Assembly: GCA_963669175.1 (NCBI GenBank)
Contig: OY769902.1
Span: forward strand, 3,424,001 to 3,488,000
Source of the DNA: a bacterium
GTDB lineage: Bacteria > Electryoneota > Electryoneia > Electryoneales > Electryoneaceae
Length of the DNA: 64,000 nt
Reading direction: 5' to 3'
Part shown: positions 10,642 to 19,650 of the stretch, one piece after another
Layout of the letters: each line of letters begins with the position of its first letter
How positions within the stretch are numbered: the stretch's first letter is position 1
Notes under the pieces: generated by a model
The model's database searches: none
What the model was told of the DNA's origin: nothing
The model's input: only the letters and a program-made list of their open reading frames with translations
Translations under genes and position numbers: made by a program

Positions 10642-10866
10642 CCATCCTCCCTGGCAAATGTTGAATTGTGCAATATCCCAGTATAAATACATTACTAGCA
10701 AATTGCTAAGCCCCCAGTGGATTTTATCCAAGACAAATAGCTGTGCGTTCTTTTATTAGAGTTGTGTATCTTTGCTCTGTGGGCGTATTTTTTGAAAGGA
10801 TTCAAAAGAAGTGATATGATTGAAACGTGTTTGCCCGGTTCGCGATTACCATTCCCGGAGGGTTCG

Positions 10867-11376
10867 ATGGGGTTCGTACAGCGATGTTTTTCATCAAGTC
10901 ACAATAAGATTCTTATGCTCATTCCAATTGTGATGATATGCTTATTCATGTTTGGTTGTAGTGATGATGATGACGATGACTACGAGAATGAGAATCCATT
11001 TCTGAATGTTGCCGATGATCTGGCAGGTTCCACCTGGGTGAATAGTGCGGATTCGACAGATACGTTGTATTTCCTGCTTGAGCCCTATGAGCAGTCGGAG
11101 ATTCCTGGCGCTTTGGTGAATGCCCGACGAATGATCTACGAGCAATACCATTACGAGTTATTCGTTGAGATAATTGATGAGAACCATATTGATGTGGATT
11201 TTTTGACTGAGGTTATAAGAGGTACTTATGGCTGGTTTTATGGCTATCCTCCTGAAGACCAGGTAATGAATTTTAATATTAACGATTCGCTTGACCAATT
11301 CACCATTTCCGGTTTTACCGGTAGTCTTGGAACTTCGCGTTGGGAGGATATAACCTTCAAGAAAATAGCGAATTAG
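10867..11376 (+). CDS. Hypothetical lipoprotein
   Basis: SD GGAG, lipobox MFGC followed by poly-Asp. Start is uncertain. Confidence 0.65.
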   Translation: MGFVQRCFSSSHNKILMLIPIVMICLFMFGCSDDDDDDYENENPFLNVADDLAGSTWVNSADSTDTLYFLLEPYEQSEIPGALVNARRMIYEQYHYELFVEIIDENHIDVDFLTEVIRGTYGWFYGYPPEDQVMNFNINDSLDQFTISGFTGSLGTSRWEDITFKKIAN

Positions 11377-11396
11377 CGCATATCCCCTGTTTCTAT

Positions 11397-11597
11397 TTAC
11401 TGATCATGTTTCTGCACCGTTTTCATCACGTGCATGCTTCCATCCCGGTGCAGGTCCATGGTTACGATTACATCGTTCGTTTCCGCTTCCACCAGCCAGC
11501 CGTCCGACGAGTCCATCAGCACAAGGACACGTTTCCAGTCCGGATTGGTGTCAAACTCTTTCAACCACTGTTTCAGGGATTTGTGATGTTTGAGCAT
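11397..11597 (-). CDS. Small hypothetical protein (about 66 aa)
   Basis: Host-like codon usage from MLKHHK onward. The longer ORF call reads through a REP element. Confidence 0.5.
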   Translation of the reverse strand: MLKHHKSLKQWLKEFDTNPDWKRVLVLMDSSDGWLVEAETNDVIVTMDLHRDGSMHVMKTVQKHDQ

Positions 11598-11631
11598 GGT
11601 TTCGTAGATATGTTTGAACGTCCTACGGAGC

Positions 11632-11658
11632 AGATCCCCGCCTTCGCTGGGGATGACA
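11632..11658 (-). repeat. REP-like unit, variant copy
   Basis: AGATCCCCGCCTTCGCTGGGGATGACA has the same GATCCCC..GGGGATGACA frame as copies A and B. Confidence 0.75.
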
Positions 11659-11831
11659 TTGCAATATAGTTTGTATAAGACTTTAGGCCTTGGACTCTTT
11701 CTCAGCCCAGGAATCAACGGTGAATATAAGTTCTGAAGTGGAAAGTGAAAAAGGTAAAAGAACAACCGCTCTTCCCTGCTCGCTATTATTTTCTGGCGTT
11801 TCTACAGCTTAGACATTTATTCGTAAAACAA

Positions 11832-11860
11832 CGAGATCCCCGTTCAAGCCGGGGATGACA
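11832..11860 (-). repeat. REP-like palindromic unit (copy B)
   Basis: CGAGATCCCCGTTCAAGCCGGGGATGACA is a perfect inverted copy of 8986-9014. Confidence 0.85.
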
Positions 11861-11981
11861 GAATAGGATAGTTCAGCATGCAGTCGTTTAGTGTACCTAC
11901 AATATACACTGCATCAAGGCATAGCTAATTCCCTTCAACAACTTCAGAACTTTTCAACTTTCAAACTTTACAACTACAGAC

Positions 11982-12016
11982 AGAGAAAGTGACCTCCCTA
12001 TTCAGGAAGGCCACTC
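11982..12016 (-). terminator. Terminator after rplT
   Basis: Reverse complement GAGTGGCCTTCC-tgaata-GGGAGGTCACTTTCTCT. Confidence 0.6.
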
Positions 12017-12052
12017 GCAGCAAACGTGCTGAAAACTTCTCTAGTACCGTAG

Positions 12053-12403
12053 TTAGGCGGCTTTGACCTGTTCGACCAGTGCGCCGAAGGCGGCTTCGTC
12101 GGTGAAGGCCAGGAATGCCAAGGCTTTGCGGTCCAGTTCGATGTTCTTTTCTTTCATCTTGAACATGAACTCGCTATAGCTCATTCCGTGCATGCGGACG
12201 GCTGCGTTGATACGTGTGATCCACAGCTTACGCATTTCACGACGGCGGACGCGACGGTCACGGAAAGAGAATTGACCGGCACGATCATAGGCACGCTTTG
12301 CGGCCCTTACGGTATTCTTCGCGCGTCCGAAGTAGCCCTTGTTGTGCTTGAAGACTTTCTTACGGCGTTGCTTGGACGCTGGATTGTTCGTTGCGCGTGG
12401 CAT
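12053..12403 (-). CDS. rplT: 50S ribosomal protein L20
   Basis: MPRA...KGYFG...DRR..RR.MRKLWITRINAA...LDRKALA. Confidence 0.98.
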   Translation of the reverse strand: MPRATNNPASKQRRKKVFKHNKGYFGRAKNTVRAAKRAYDRAGQFSFRDRRVRRREMRKLWITRINAAVRMHGMSYSEFMFKMKEKNIELDRKALAFLAFTDEAAFGALVEQVKAA

Positions 12404-12418
12404 GAGTACTGCTTCCTG

Positions 12419-12610
12419 TTAAACGATCAACTTCTTGACGCGTGGCACATCAACCTGGGCAACCAGACCGGCTTTGCGCAGTTTGCGCTTACGGCCGCGC
12501 GGCTTCTTGGTCAAAATATGGCTTTTGTAGCTATGGTTGCAGCGAATCTTGCCGGTTCCCGTTTTACGGAAACGCTTCTTTGCTGCACGGTTTGACTTCA
12601 TCTTCGGCAT
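12419..12610 (-). CDS. rpmI: 50S ribosomal protein L35
   Basis: [21 protein letters not shown]...HILTKK. Confidence 0.98.
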   Translation of the reverse strand: MPKMKSNRAAKKRFRKTGTGKIRCNHSYKSHILTKKPRGRKRKLRKAGLVAQVDVPRVKKLIV

Positions 12611-12628
12611 TTCTATCGACCTTCCCTT

Positions 12629-13171
12629 TTACTTCTTCTGCAGGGTGACCACCATGTTGCGCTGGCCTTCCATCTGCACCTTGCCTTCGACCTTGGCAAC
12701 ATCCGCAGTCGACTCAACAAAGCGGTCAATGACCTCACGACCCAGATCTTTATGAGTGACCATACGGCCCTTGAACAGAACCGTAATTTTCACTTTGTCG
12801 CCGTCGTCAATGAACCCGCGTACCGCTTTGAGTTTAAATTCAAAATCGTGATCATCAATCTTGGGAGTGACACGGATTTTTTTGATCTGTGTCTGATGCC
12901 CTTTTTTACGGCTAATACGCTCCTTTTTCGCCAAATCATACAGGAACTTGCCGTAATCCATTATTCTCGCCACGGGCGGTTCTGCCTTGGGGGCGATTTC
13001 AACCAGATCCAGCTCATGCTCCTGCGCCATTTTTAGCGCTTTGTGCGTATCGGTAATGCCGACCTGATTTCCCTCTGGGTCAATCAGCCGAACCTTTCGC
13101 ACCTGGATCTGTTCATTAACCCGATGTGCTGAAGGGGCGGCAATAGCCCCACCACGTTCCCGTAAAGCGAT
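12629..13171 (-). CDS. infC: Translation initiation factor IF-3 (probable ATC start)
   Basis: HRVNEQI..VRLID...LDLVEIAP...RIMDYGKF. In-frame ATC at 13171 lies 8 nt after SD GGGAG. Confidence 0.95.
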   Translation of the reverse strand: MALRERGGAIAAPSAHRVNEQIQVRKVRLIDPEGNQVGITDTHKALKMAQEHELDLVEIAPKAEPPVARIMDYGKFLYDLAKKERISRKKGHQTQIKKIRVTPKIDDHDFEFKLKAVRGFIDDGDKVKITVLFKGRMVTHKDLGREVIDRFVESTADVAKVEGKVQMEGQRNMVVTLQKK

Positions 13172-13216
13172 GAGCGTTTCTCCCTGTTATTCCTGTTAAG
13201 ATACTTACTGAAAATG

Positions 13217-13291
13217 TGGGCGATACTGGACTCGAACCAGTGACCTCTGCCATGTCAAGACAGCGCTCTAACCAAGCTGAGCTAATCGCCC
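13217..13291 (-). tRNA. tRNA-Val (GAC)
   Basis: Reverse complement GGGCGATTAGCTCAGC...TTGACAT...GGTTCGAGTCC; cloverleaf. Confidence 0.95.
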
Positions 13292-13340
13292 ATGTCCGCG
13301 TTCAGGTGGCTGGCGCTTCACCGTGCCCCCGAAACTTCGG

Positions 13341-13423
13341 TGCCGGGAGCCGGACTCGAACCGGCACGGGGATACCCCCGGGAGATTTTAAGTCTCCTGT
13401 GTCTGCCATTCCACCACCCCGGC
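13341..13423 (-). tRNA. tRNA-Leu (TAA)
   Basis: Reverse complement GCCGGGGTGGTGGAATGGCAGACAC...CTTAAAA...; long variable arm. Confidence 0.95.
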
Positions 13424-13481
13424 GGAAGGTACGACTGTTAAGAACGAATCAGGACGGTTAAACTTCGATCCGTCCCTCTCC

Positions 13482-13557
13482 TGGAGGCGACGGCCGGATT
13501 CGAACCGGCGAATAGTGGTTTTGCAGACCACCGCCTTAGCCACTTGGCTACGTCGCC
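13482..13557 (-). tRNA. tRNA-Cys (GCA)
   Basis: Reverse complement GGCGACGTAGCCAAGTGGCTAAGGC...CTGCAAA...CCA. Confidence 0.95.
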
Positions 13558-13599
13558 CGGCCCACCTGATCAAAGAAAAGGAAACGGTTGTACGGATTC

Positions 13600-13635
13600 A
13601 AAAAACGACTGCCGCAACACTCCCAGCAGTCGTTT
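13600..13635 (-). terminator. Terminator-like hairpin between tRNA-Gly and tRNA-Cys
   Basis: Reverse complement AAACGACTGC...GCAGTCGTTTTTT. Confidence 0.55.
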
Positions 13636-13662
13636 AAAACTTAGGCCGTTTCCTGGCGGTTC

Positions 13663-13738
13663 TGGAGCGAGAGACCGGACTCGAACCGGCGACAACCACG
13701 TTGGCAACGTGGAGCTCTACCAACTGAGCTACTCTCGC
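13663..13738 (-). tRNA. tRNA-Gly (GCC)
   Basis: Reverse complement GCGAGAGTAGCTCAGTTGGTAGAGC...TTGCCAA...CCA. Confidence 0.95.
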
Positions 13739-13832
13739 ATCACCTTACATCACACAAATGTAAAACTTCAAAAAGCCGATGACAACCCACACCGAGACCG
13801 AAAATGGCTCTCAATGGTATCAGACTTGCCCT

Positions 13833-14072
13833 CTACGGTTTTTCCTGCTCGGGATCCGAACCTTCCAAAGAACCGTCTGTCGCTTCTTCCGCTGCCTGCG
13901 ATTCCTCCCCAATGGCCTCAGCGCTGTCCCAGCCATAAAGGGCTTTGTTTCGCACACGCTTGCGCAGCTTACGGTACTTCTGCTGCTGCTGGCGTCCGGC
14001 ACGCATGAAAACGAAGATGATCACACTGCAAAGTGTAATCAGTACCGCTGTCCAAATAACACTGCTCGTCAT
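13833..14072 (-). CDS. Small single-pass membrane protein inside the tRNA cluster
   Basis: One hydrophobic helix, then a basic segment and an acidic tail. Fills the gap between tRNA-Ala and tRNA-Gly. Confidence 0.55.
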   Translation of the reverse strand: MTSSVIWTAVLITLCSVIIFVFMRAGRQQQQKYRKLRKRVRNKALYGWDSAEAIGEESQAAEEATDGSLEGSDPEQEKP

Positions 14073-14092
14073 CGGCTGCTCGAGCTTCTTTG

Positions 14093-14165
14093 TGGAGCCT
14101 AGCGGGATCGAACCGCTGACCTCCTGAATGCCATTCAGGCGCTCTCCCAGCTGAGCTAAGGCCCC
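14093..14165 (-). tRNA. tRNA-Ala (GGC)
   Basis: Reverse complement GGGGCCTTAGCTCAGCTGGGAGAGCG...TGGCA...; G3:U70 pair. Confidence 0.95.
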
Positions 14166-14258
14166 ATCCGCTTTTATCCGCTGGAAACGCGAATATAGCG
14201 GAGATCGTTATCTAAAGTCAAACCCTGTTGAGACAATGGCTCTCGGCCACTCCCACAA

Positions 14259-14696
14259 CTATTTCAACACCAGCACCGGAACTGTTGATACATGTACCAC
14301 ATGTTCCGCAACAGAACCCAGAAACGCTTCCTTCAAGTTGGTGCGCCCCTTGGATTTCATCACGATCACATCCGCGTCAATCTCTTCCGCGACCTGGGTG
14401 ATCCTCTCGCGTGGCGAGCCTTCACGAAGCAAAACTGTACACATCTCACCCGCATTCTCCGCAGTAATCATCTCATCGATGATCTTACGACTGGCAGTTG
14501 CACGCTCCGCCATGTAGTCCTGATACGACTGAGGACTGATCCGCAGGAATTGCATTTCTGACTTATTCAGAAACTCTTCGTGAATGTTCAGAACAGTAAT
14601 CTTTCCGCCATAAGTCTTCGCCAGGTTCACGGCCGCCTGGAAGCCACCGTTGGACATCGCCGAAGTATCTGTAGGAAACAAAATATGTTTAAACAT
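14259..14696 (-). CDS. Universal stress protein (UspA family)
   Basis: ILFPTD.S...G.P...I...ADVIVM...FLGSVAEHVV...PVLV. Confidence 0.93.
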   Translation of the reverse strand: MFKHILFPTDTSAMSNGGFQAAVNLAKTYGGKITVLNIHEEFLNKSEMQFLRISPQSYQDYMAERATASRKIIDEMITAENAGEMCTVLLREGSPRERITQVAEEIDADVIVMKSKGRTNLKEAFLGSVAEHVVHVSTVPVLVLK

Positions 14697-14742
14697 CGTA
14701 GCCTCCTCCCTCCCGTTATCACGGGAAGGTTACAGGTTCATG

Positions 14743-16470
14743 CTACAAATAAAAGACGAATGTAACTGCGATAAACAGTGTTCCAAGAATACCAAGTGAC
14801 CAGAGCATATATCCGAAGAAGCTCGGCATGGTGATCTTGTTTTCTTCAGCAATGCTGCGAACCATGAAGTTCGGAGCATTGCCGATATAAGTCATGGCGC
14901 CAAAGAACACGGCGCCCACGGAAATCGCGGTCAGACGCGCGACAAACATATCCGTATGCGGACCATGCGGAACCTGGTGCGTAAGAATCTTGTTGACCAG
15001 CATATCCTGGTACGTCACACTGCTTAACATACTCATTTCGGGCAACCAGTCCGGCTTGGCCAGTAACCATTCCGGTGGCGCTGCGGTCAGGGCATTCACC
15101 AATTGTCCCTGCGCCTGGTTATAAAATACCAGGTATGTCGGTGCATTATCCAGGAAGGATGACAGTGCGCCTGTGACCCAATAGAACTGCCAGGGCTCCT
15201 TCACAACGGCAACCAGGCTGGCCAGAGCGCCGGTTTCCCCGGCCTTCAAGATGGCCAGTGCAGGGATAATGGTCATGAAGATCCCGGCAAACAGGTAAGC
15301 CACCTCCTGAATCGGGAACCAGGTAAAACCGTTATCGTCACGAATCTTCTTCGACGTTGTCTTCACCGACAGGTAAACCATCATCAGGATAAACAGGTCA
15401 CGTACAATCGAACTGTACTCAATATGTACGCCCAGCAGTGTAACCTGCCCGAAGTGAACCAGGCCGCTGAACAGAACAGCGCCCATCACGCCAAGCAGGA
15501 AAATCAGGTTGTGAAGACCTTCCAGCTTGATCGGTTCGCTTTCGCCATGTTCAGCCAGAGATTTCTCGAGGTTGTCCTTCTCGCGATTATAGAGAACTGT
15601 GTCAACCACAAAGAAAAGGATCAGAAGCCAGACAGCGGCAAATCCCAACTCTGGCAACAAGTGCATGGTCCAGAAGAACGGCACCCCATGCAAGAAGCCC
15701 AGGAACAGCGGCGGATCACCCAATGGCGTCAGGGAACCACCAATATTGCTGACCAGGAAGATAAAAAAGATGATGACGTGCATTTTGCTCTTGCGGGCCT
15801 TGTTGGCGCGAATCACGGGACGGATCAGGAGCATTGATGCGCCGGTTGTTCCCATCCAGGAAGCCAGTACTGTACCGATGATCAGGAACATCAGGTTCGT
15901 AGCCGGCTTCCCGACCAAAGTTCCACGCAACAGGATACCACCGGAAGCGGTGAATAATCCAAGCAGAAGAACAATGAACGGGATATAGTCCGCAAGGTAA
16001 ATGTGGGCAATCTGGTGAACCGCTTCCCCTTTATAGAAAATCAGGAACGGGATCGCAAATACGAGCGCCCAGAACAATGAAATCTTGGGGAAATGATGAT
16101 GCCAGAAATGGGGAGCAAACAGCGGGAAGAGCGCAATGGAAAGCAGGATTCCAGCAAATGGAATCGCACTCCACAGTGGCAGTTCTTCACCAATATTTCG
16201 ATGTCCGCCGCCATGCTCGCCATGTCCCTCACCATGAGCCGCCTCTTCATGCTCCATATGCTCAAGGTCCGCTTCCGGATCAACTTCCACCGGAGAATCC
16301 TGGGCGCCTATATCATGATGCGCGTCCACCCCTTCTTCAGATTGTACCGCTGCCTCATGTCCTTCGTGGTGTTCATCCTGCGCGAATGCAAACTGCACAC
16401 CGAACAACACCAGCCCTACCACCAGCAACATCACTGCTGTGTGCCGTGCTTTCAGCCTGTTCATCAGCAT
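14743..16470 (-). CDS. Putative Na+/H+ antiporter (IT superfamily) with His-rich N-terminal extension
   Basis: GTTGASMLLIRP, SNIGGSLTPLGDPPLFLGF, LSSFLDNAPTY and TYIGNAPNFMV motifs. Start is uncertain. Confidence 0.85.
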   Translation of the reverse strand: MLMNRLKARHTAVMLLVVGLVLFGVQFAFAQDEHHEGHEAAVQSEEGVDAHHDIGAQDSPVEVDPEADLEHMEHEEAAHGEGHGEHGGGHRNIGEELPLWSAIPFAGILLSIALFPLFAPHFWHHHFPKISLFWALVFAIPFLIFYKGEAVHQIAHIYLADYIPFIVLLLGLFTASGGILLRGTLVGKPATNLMFLIIGTVLASWMGTTGASMLLIRPVIRANKARKSKMHVIIFFIFLVSNIGGSLTPLGDPPLFLGFLHGVPFFWTMHLLPELGFAAVWLLILFFVVDTVLYNREKDNLEKSLAEHGESEPIKLEGLHNLIFLLGVMGAVLFSGLVHFGQVTLLGVHIEYSSIVRDLFILMMVYLSVKTTSKKIRDDNGFTWFPIQEVAYLFAGIFMTIIPALAILKAGETGALASLVAVVKEPWQFYWVTGALSSFLDNAPTYLVFYNQAQGQLVNALTAAPPEWLLAKPDWLPEMSMLSSVTYQDMLVNKILTHQVPHGPHTDMFVARLTAISVGAVFFGAMTYIGNAPNFMVRSIAEENKITMPSFFGYMLWSLGILGTLFIAVTFVFYL

Positions 16471-16671
16471 GGGCCATCCCCTTTTGCCGTATTTTCCCAA
16501 CCCGGGTTGCCGCAATATATCGAGAGCTCCCTGTGTTCTTGTCCCGATACATTTACGAATACGTCATGCGAAGTTGAAAGGTACAGCTTAAAAAAAAACA
16601 GGGCAATAAAGTATGCTCGGATGAAGAGAGGATATGTGCATGTTTTCAGGTGGAAATAATTCAAGCAGGAA

Positions 16672-17580
16672 TTAATGCGAATAGGAATCGCCGAATTGTC
16701 GTCTTCTCGATTTTAGTTTGACTACCTGGTCAAGGATACGTTGATCATCCGGGAATTCCCTTTTGATTGTAATCAGTTCCGTTCGTACCCGGCTACCTTT
16801 GAATTGTGCAACCCCCAAGTATCGCGCGTTGCTGCCACATTGTACAACGGGTATCTTTCCTCTACGGTCCATACCCGACTGTTCTCTGTACAGGCTTTGC
16901 GAGTGACCACCAATAATCAAGTCTACCCCTTTCCATTGGTTTGCTTTTTCAGCATCGATGTCTTCACCAGCATGCGACAGGACAATAACCTTGGCGTCAG
17001 CCGGTGCATGTTTCAGTACAGCTTCCAGAGCGCTGTCAGGATCTAGCACGGTTACATAGTTTATCAGTCTTGGCGCCATATACCGCAAGGTCTGTTTATC
17101 CAAAATGGCAGTCACAAAATATTTCTCGCCACCTTTTTCGATTATACGGTACGCATGTTTCGCAACAGGCTTATGCGTATCCGAATAAACCAGGTTGGCA
17201 TTCACAATGGGCAGTTTTTCCATCATTAACGCCATCATTTCCGGCCCCTGGATCAACTCCTGGTCGCCTAATCCGATGGCGTCGTATTCCTGTACTCGCA
17301 TGGCCTCAACGATGAAGGGAGTTGCAACGGTATCATGAAGCGGCGGAACAAAATCACCTGAATCAAGCAGCAGCACGTCCCCAAGCTGACGTCTGCGCAT
17401 GATCTCGCTACTTCGCTTTTCCATCGCCCCAAGAGGATCGTTGGGACAGCCACAGTTTTCCATTACTCCATTCGTACACGCCGTAAACAGTATTTCCGCT
17501 CCACCGGCATAGGCGCCGGTAGCCAATGCCAGCAAGGACAACAGCCCGACAATCAGCAGAAAAAGTGAATAACGACGCAT
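16672..17580 (-). CDS. Exported UshA/5'-nucleotidase-like metallophosphoesterase (N-terminal domain only)
   Basis: Signal peptide, CGC motif, LLDSGD, YDAIGLG, NANL, VLSH, DLIIGGHS. Confidence 0.75.
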   Translation of the reverse strand: MRRYSLFLLIVGLLSLLALATGAYAGGAEILFTACTNGVMENCGCPNDPLGAMEKRSSEIMRRRQLGDVLLLDSGDFVPPLHDTVATPFIVEAMRVQEYDAIGLGDQELIQGPEMMALMMEKLPIVNANLVYSDTHKPVAKHAYRIIEKGGEKYFVTAILDKQTLRYMAPRLINYVTVLDPDSALEAVLKHAPADAKVIVLSHAGEDIDAEKANQWKGVDLIIGGHSQSLYREQSGMDRRGKIPVVQCGSNARYLGVAQFKGSRVRTELITIKREFPDDQRILDQVVKLKSRRRQFGDSYSH

Positions 17581-17613
17581 GCTTACAGCCTCTGTTACGC
17601 CTTTCTGAACTCT

Positions 17614-18123
17614 CTATTCCATCTGGTCTGTAGCTTCATCATCTTGAACTTCTTCATCATCAGAACGGTTCCAGATACCTACACCCGCATCCGCAGCCGC
17701 TTGCTCATATTCCAGGTACTGGCCCATTTGCGGGTGCGTGTGCTCTTCGTTGGCTCGTGCCAGCCCCTTCTCCAACAAGTGCTTACCCAGGTCTGATCCG
17801 TCATGAAGCACCATGTAGGCATGCAAATCGACACTGGAAGAATCCGGCTCAAAACTGCTTTCAAACTCCAGGGTTACTTCATGTGCAGTCACCAGGCTGG
17901 TGATGTCCTGGATGACAGCATCGTAGTCCAAACCTGCCGTTTCAAACTCGTCCTGCGAAGGCGCTTCTATCCCAATAAGATGAACAATCCTGCCTTTGCT
18001 CAGTTGGTACTGGTTAATGGCCAGCGCTTGTTCAACCTTATCATGTGTGCTCAGATACAGGACAACCCCTATCAGGACCACGGTCAGAATCAGGATTAGA
18101 ACGGCAATGAATCGCTGTTTCAT
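17614..18123 (-). CDS. Membrane-anchored thermonuclease (SNase)-like protein
   Basis: N-terminal TM helix; V.LIGIEAP, L.AYM, LLEKGLAR and EQAA....GIW motifs. Catalytic residues look degenerate. Confidence 0.7.
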   Translation of the reverse strand: MKQRFIAVLILILTVVLIGVVLYLSTHDKVEQALAINQYQLSKGRIVHLIGIEAPSQDEFETAGLDYDAVIQDITSLVTAHEVTLEFESSFEPDSSSVDLHAYMVLHDGSDLGKHLLEKGLARANEEHTHPQMGQYLEYEQAAADAGVGIWNRSDDEEVQDDEATDQME

Positions 18124-18124
18124 C

Positions 18125-19486
18125 TCAGGCTCCTTCAGTTTGAGTTGCGCCAGTCGCTTCGTAGGACTGCGCAGCTTCCTGCTCTGCATCGCGGATGATC
18201 GGGTTCAGGCGTGGTAACTGTGTCAGCAATACCAGTGCGATCACGCCGAGAATACCGGCAATCAGGAAGAAGAAACTGGAATGGCTCATCCGATACCAAA
18301 GGTGGCCGATCTGCCCGGATGACATTCCGCCAATGCCGGAAGCTACAAACCAGCCGCCCATCATCATCCCAAGCTTGCTTTTCGGCGCCAGTTTGGACAC
18401 CAGTGACAGCCCCATCGGCGAAAGGCACAACTCGCCCGAAGTCAGCAAGGCATACGATATCACCAGCCACATCACACTGACATGCCCGTTGTTGCCACCC
18501 ATCATGGCCGCAACGCCCATCAGGACAAAAGCACTGACGCTCAACAACATGCCGATGAACATCTTGGCGGCAGTTGTTGGCTCTTTGCCGAATTGACGAA
18601 GCAGCCCCCAGAATGTCACTAACGGGAAGGTCAACAGGAGAATAAACATCGGGTTTACAGATTGGAACATCTCAGGCGCGATTGCGGTATTGGTCGCCTG
18701 CTGTGCCCAGAAAGTCAGAGTCAGCCCCTGCTGTTCAAACGCCATCCAGAAGAAGATGACGATTACAAAAATGATCACGAGGGCGACGATACGATCACGA
18801 TCCTTCTTCGGATCTGATTTGTCCACTTCCTGTGGTTTGTCCAGGTTCATCTTACGGAGCTTGTATCCCGGCGGATGATCCCCTTCCTTTACCAGGCGTT
18901 GCAGACTCCAGAATACAATCATGGAAAAGACCATGCCGATGGCGGCGGCGCCGAATCCATAATGCCAGCCATATTGAATGCGCAGATATCCCGCAACCAG
19001 CGGGGAAATAAATGCGCCGAGGTTGATGCCCATGTAGAAAATATTGTAGCCATCATCGCGTTTTTCCGGAACCTTGCGATAGAGGTTGCCCAGCATGGTT
19101 GAGATGTTCGGCTTGAAAAGGCCATTCCCCAACAGAAGGAAAATTAGGCCAGCAAAGAAGAACGGTAGCGGTCTGAACGCGAGCAACAGGTGCCCGATCA
19201 TAAACAGGATACCGCCAACCGTCACAGAACGCTTGATCCCAAGGTACTGATCAGCCAACCAGCCCCCGATAAAGGGCGTAAAGTACACCAGCCCCACATA
19301 GAGACTGTATATGTTGTTGGTTTTATCGCCGGAGAAACCAAGACCGCCTTCATCAATTGACGAAATCATGTAGAGTGCAAAAATCGCACGCATGCTGTAG
19401 AAACTGAAACGCTCCCACATCTCTGTCATGAAGAGAACAGGCATTCCCTTGGGGTGAGATCTGCTTACTGTGGCCGCTGCACTCAT
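18125..19486 (-). CDS. Proton-dependent oligopeptide (POT/PTR2) MFS transporter
   Basis: EMWERFSFY, GLFKPNIS and IFYMGINLG motifs. Confidence 0.95.
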   Translation of the reverse strand: MSAAATVSRSHPKGMPVLFMTEMWERFSFYSMRAIFALYMISSIDEGGLGFSGDKTNNIYSLYVGLVYFTPFIGGWLADQYLGIKRSVTVGGILFMIGHLLLAFRPLPFFFAGLIFLLLGNGLFKPNISTMLGNLYRKVPEKRDDGYNIFYMGINLGAFISPLVAGYLRIQYGWHYGFGAAAIGMVFSMIVFWSLQRLVKEGDHPPGYKLRKMNLDKPQEVDKSDPKKDRDRIVALVIIFVIVIFFWMAFEQQGLTLTFWAQQATNTAIAPEMFQSVNPMFILLLTFPLVTFWGLLRQFGKEPTTAAKMFIGMLLSVSAFVLMGVAAMMGGNNGHVSVMWLVISYALLTSGELCLSPMGLSLVSKLAPKSKLGMMMGGWFVASGIGGMSSGQIGHLWYRMSHSSFFFLIAGILGVIALVLLTQLPRLNPIIRDAEQEAAQSYEATGATQTEGA

Positions 19487-19650
19487 CCGAATTCCCTTTA
19501 CTGGTTACACGATAAATGCGAAGTAAGAATAGATACGGGAAAAGATGAAGAAATGCAAAGGGTGAAACACGGTTTCAGGGATTTTCCATTCGACAAACCC
19601 GATTCTTGCTCCACCCTGCCTGCCATGATTTCAATTGATTACATTGAAGC

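Noticed and set aside
11935-11978. Degenerate AACTTTC-type short repeats (similar at about 46316-46340)
   Set aside because: Too short and irregular to support a functional call.
17440-17460. Selenoprotein (CxU) form of the UshA-like protein
   Set aside because: Both Cys codons of CGC are TGT; there is no in-frame TGA.
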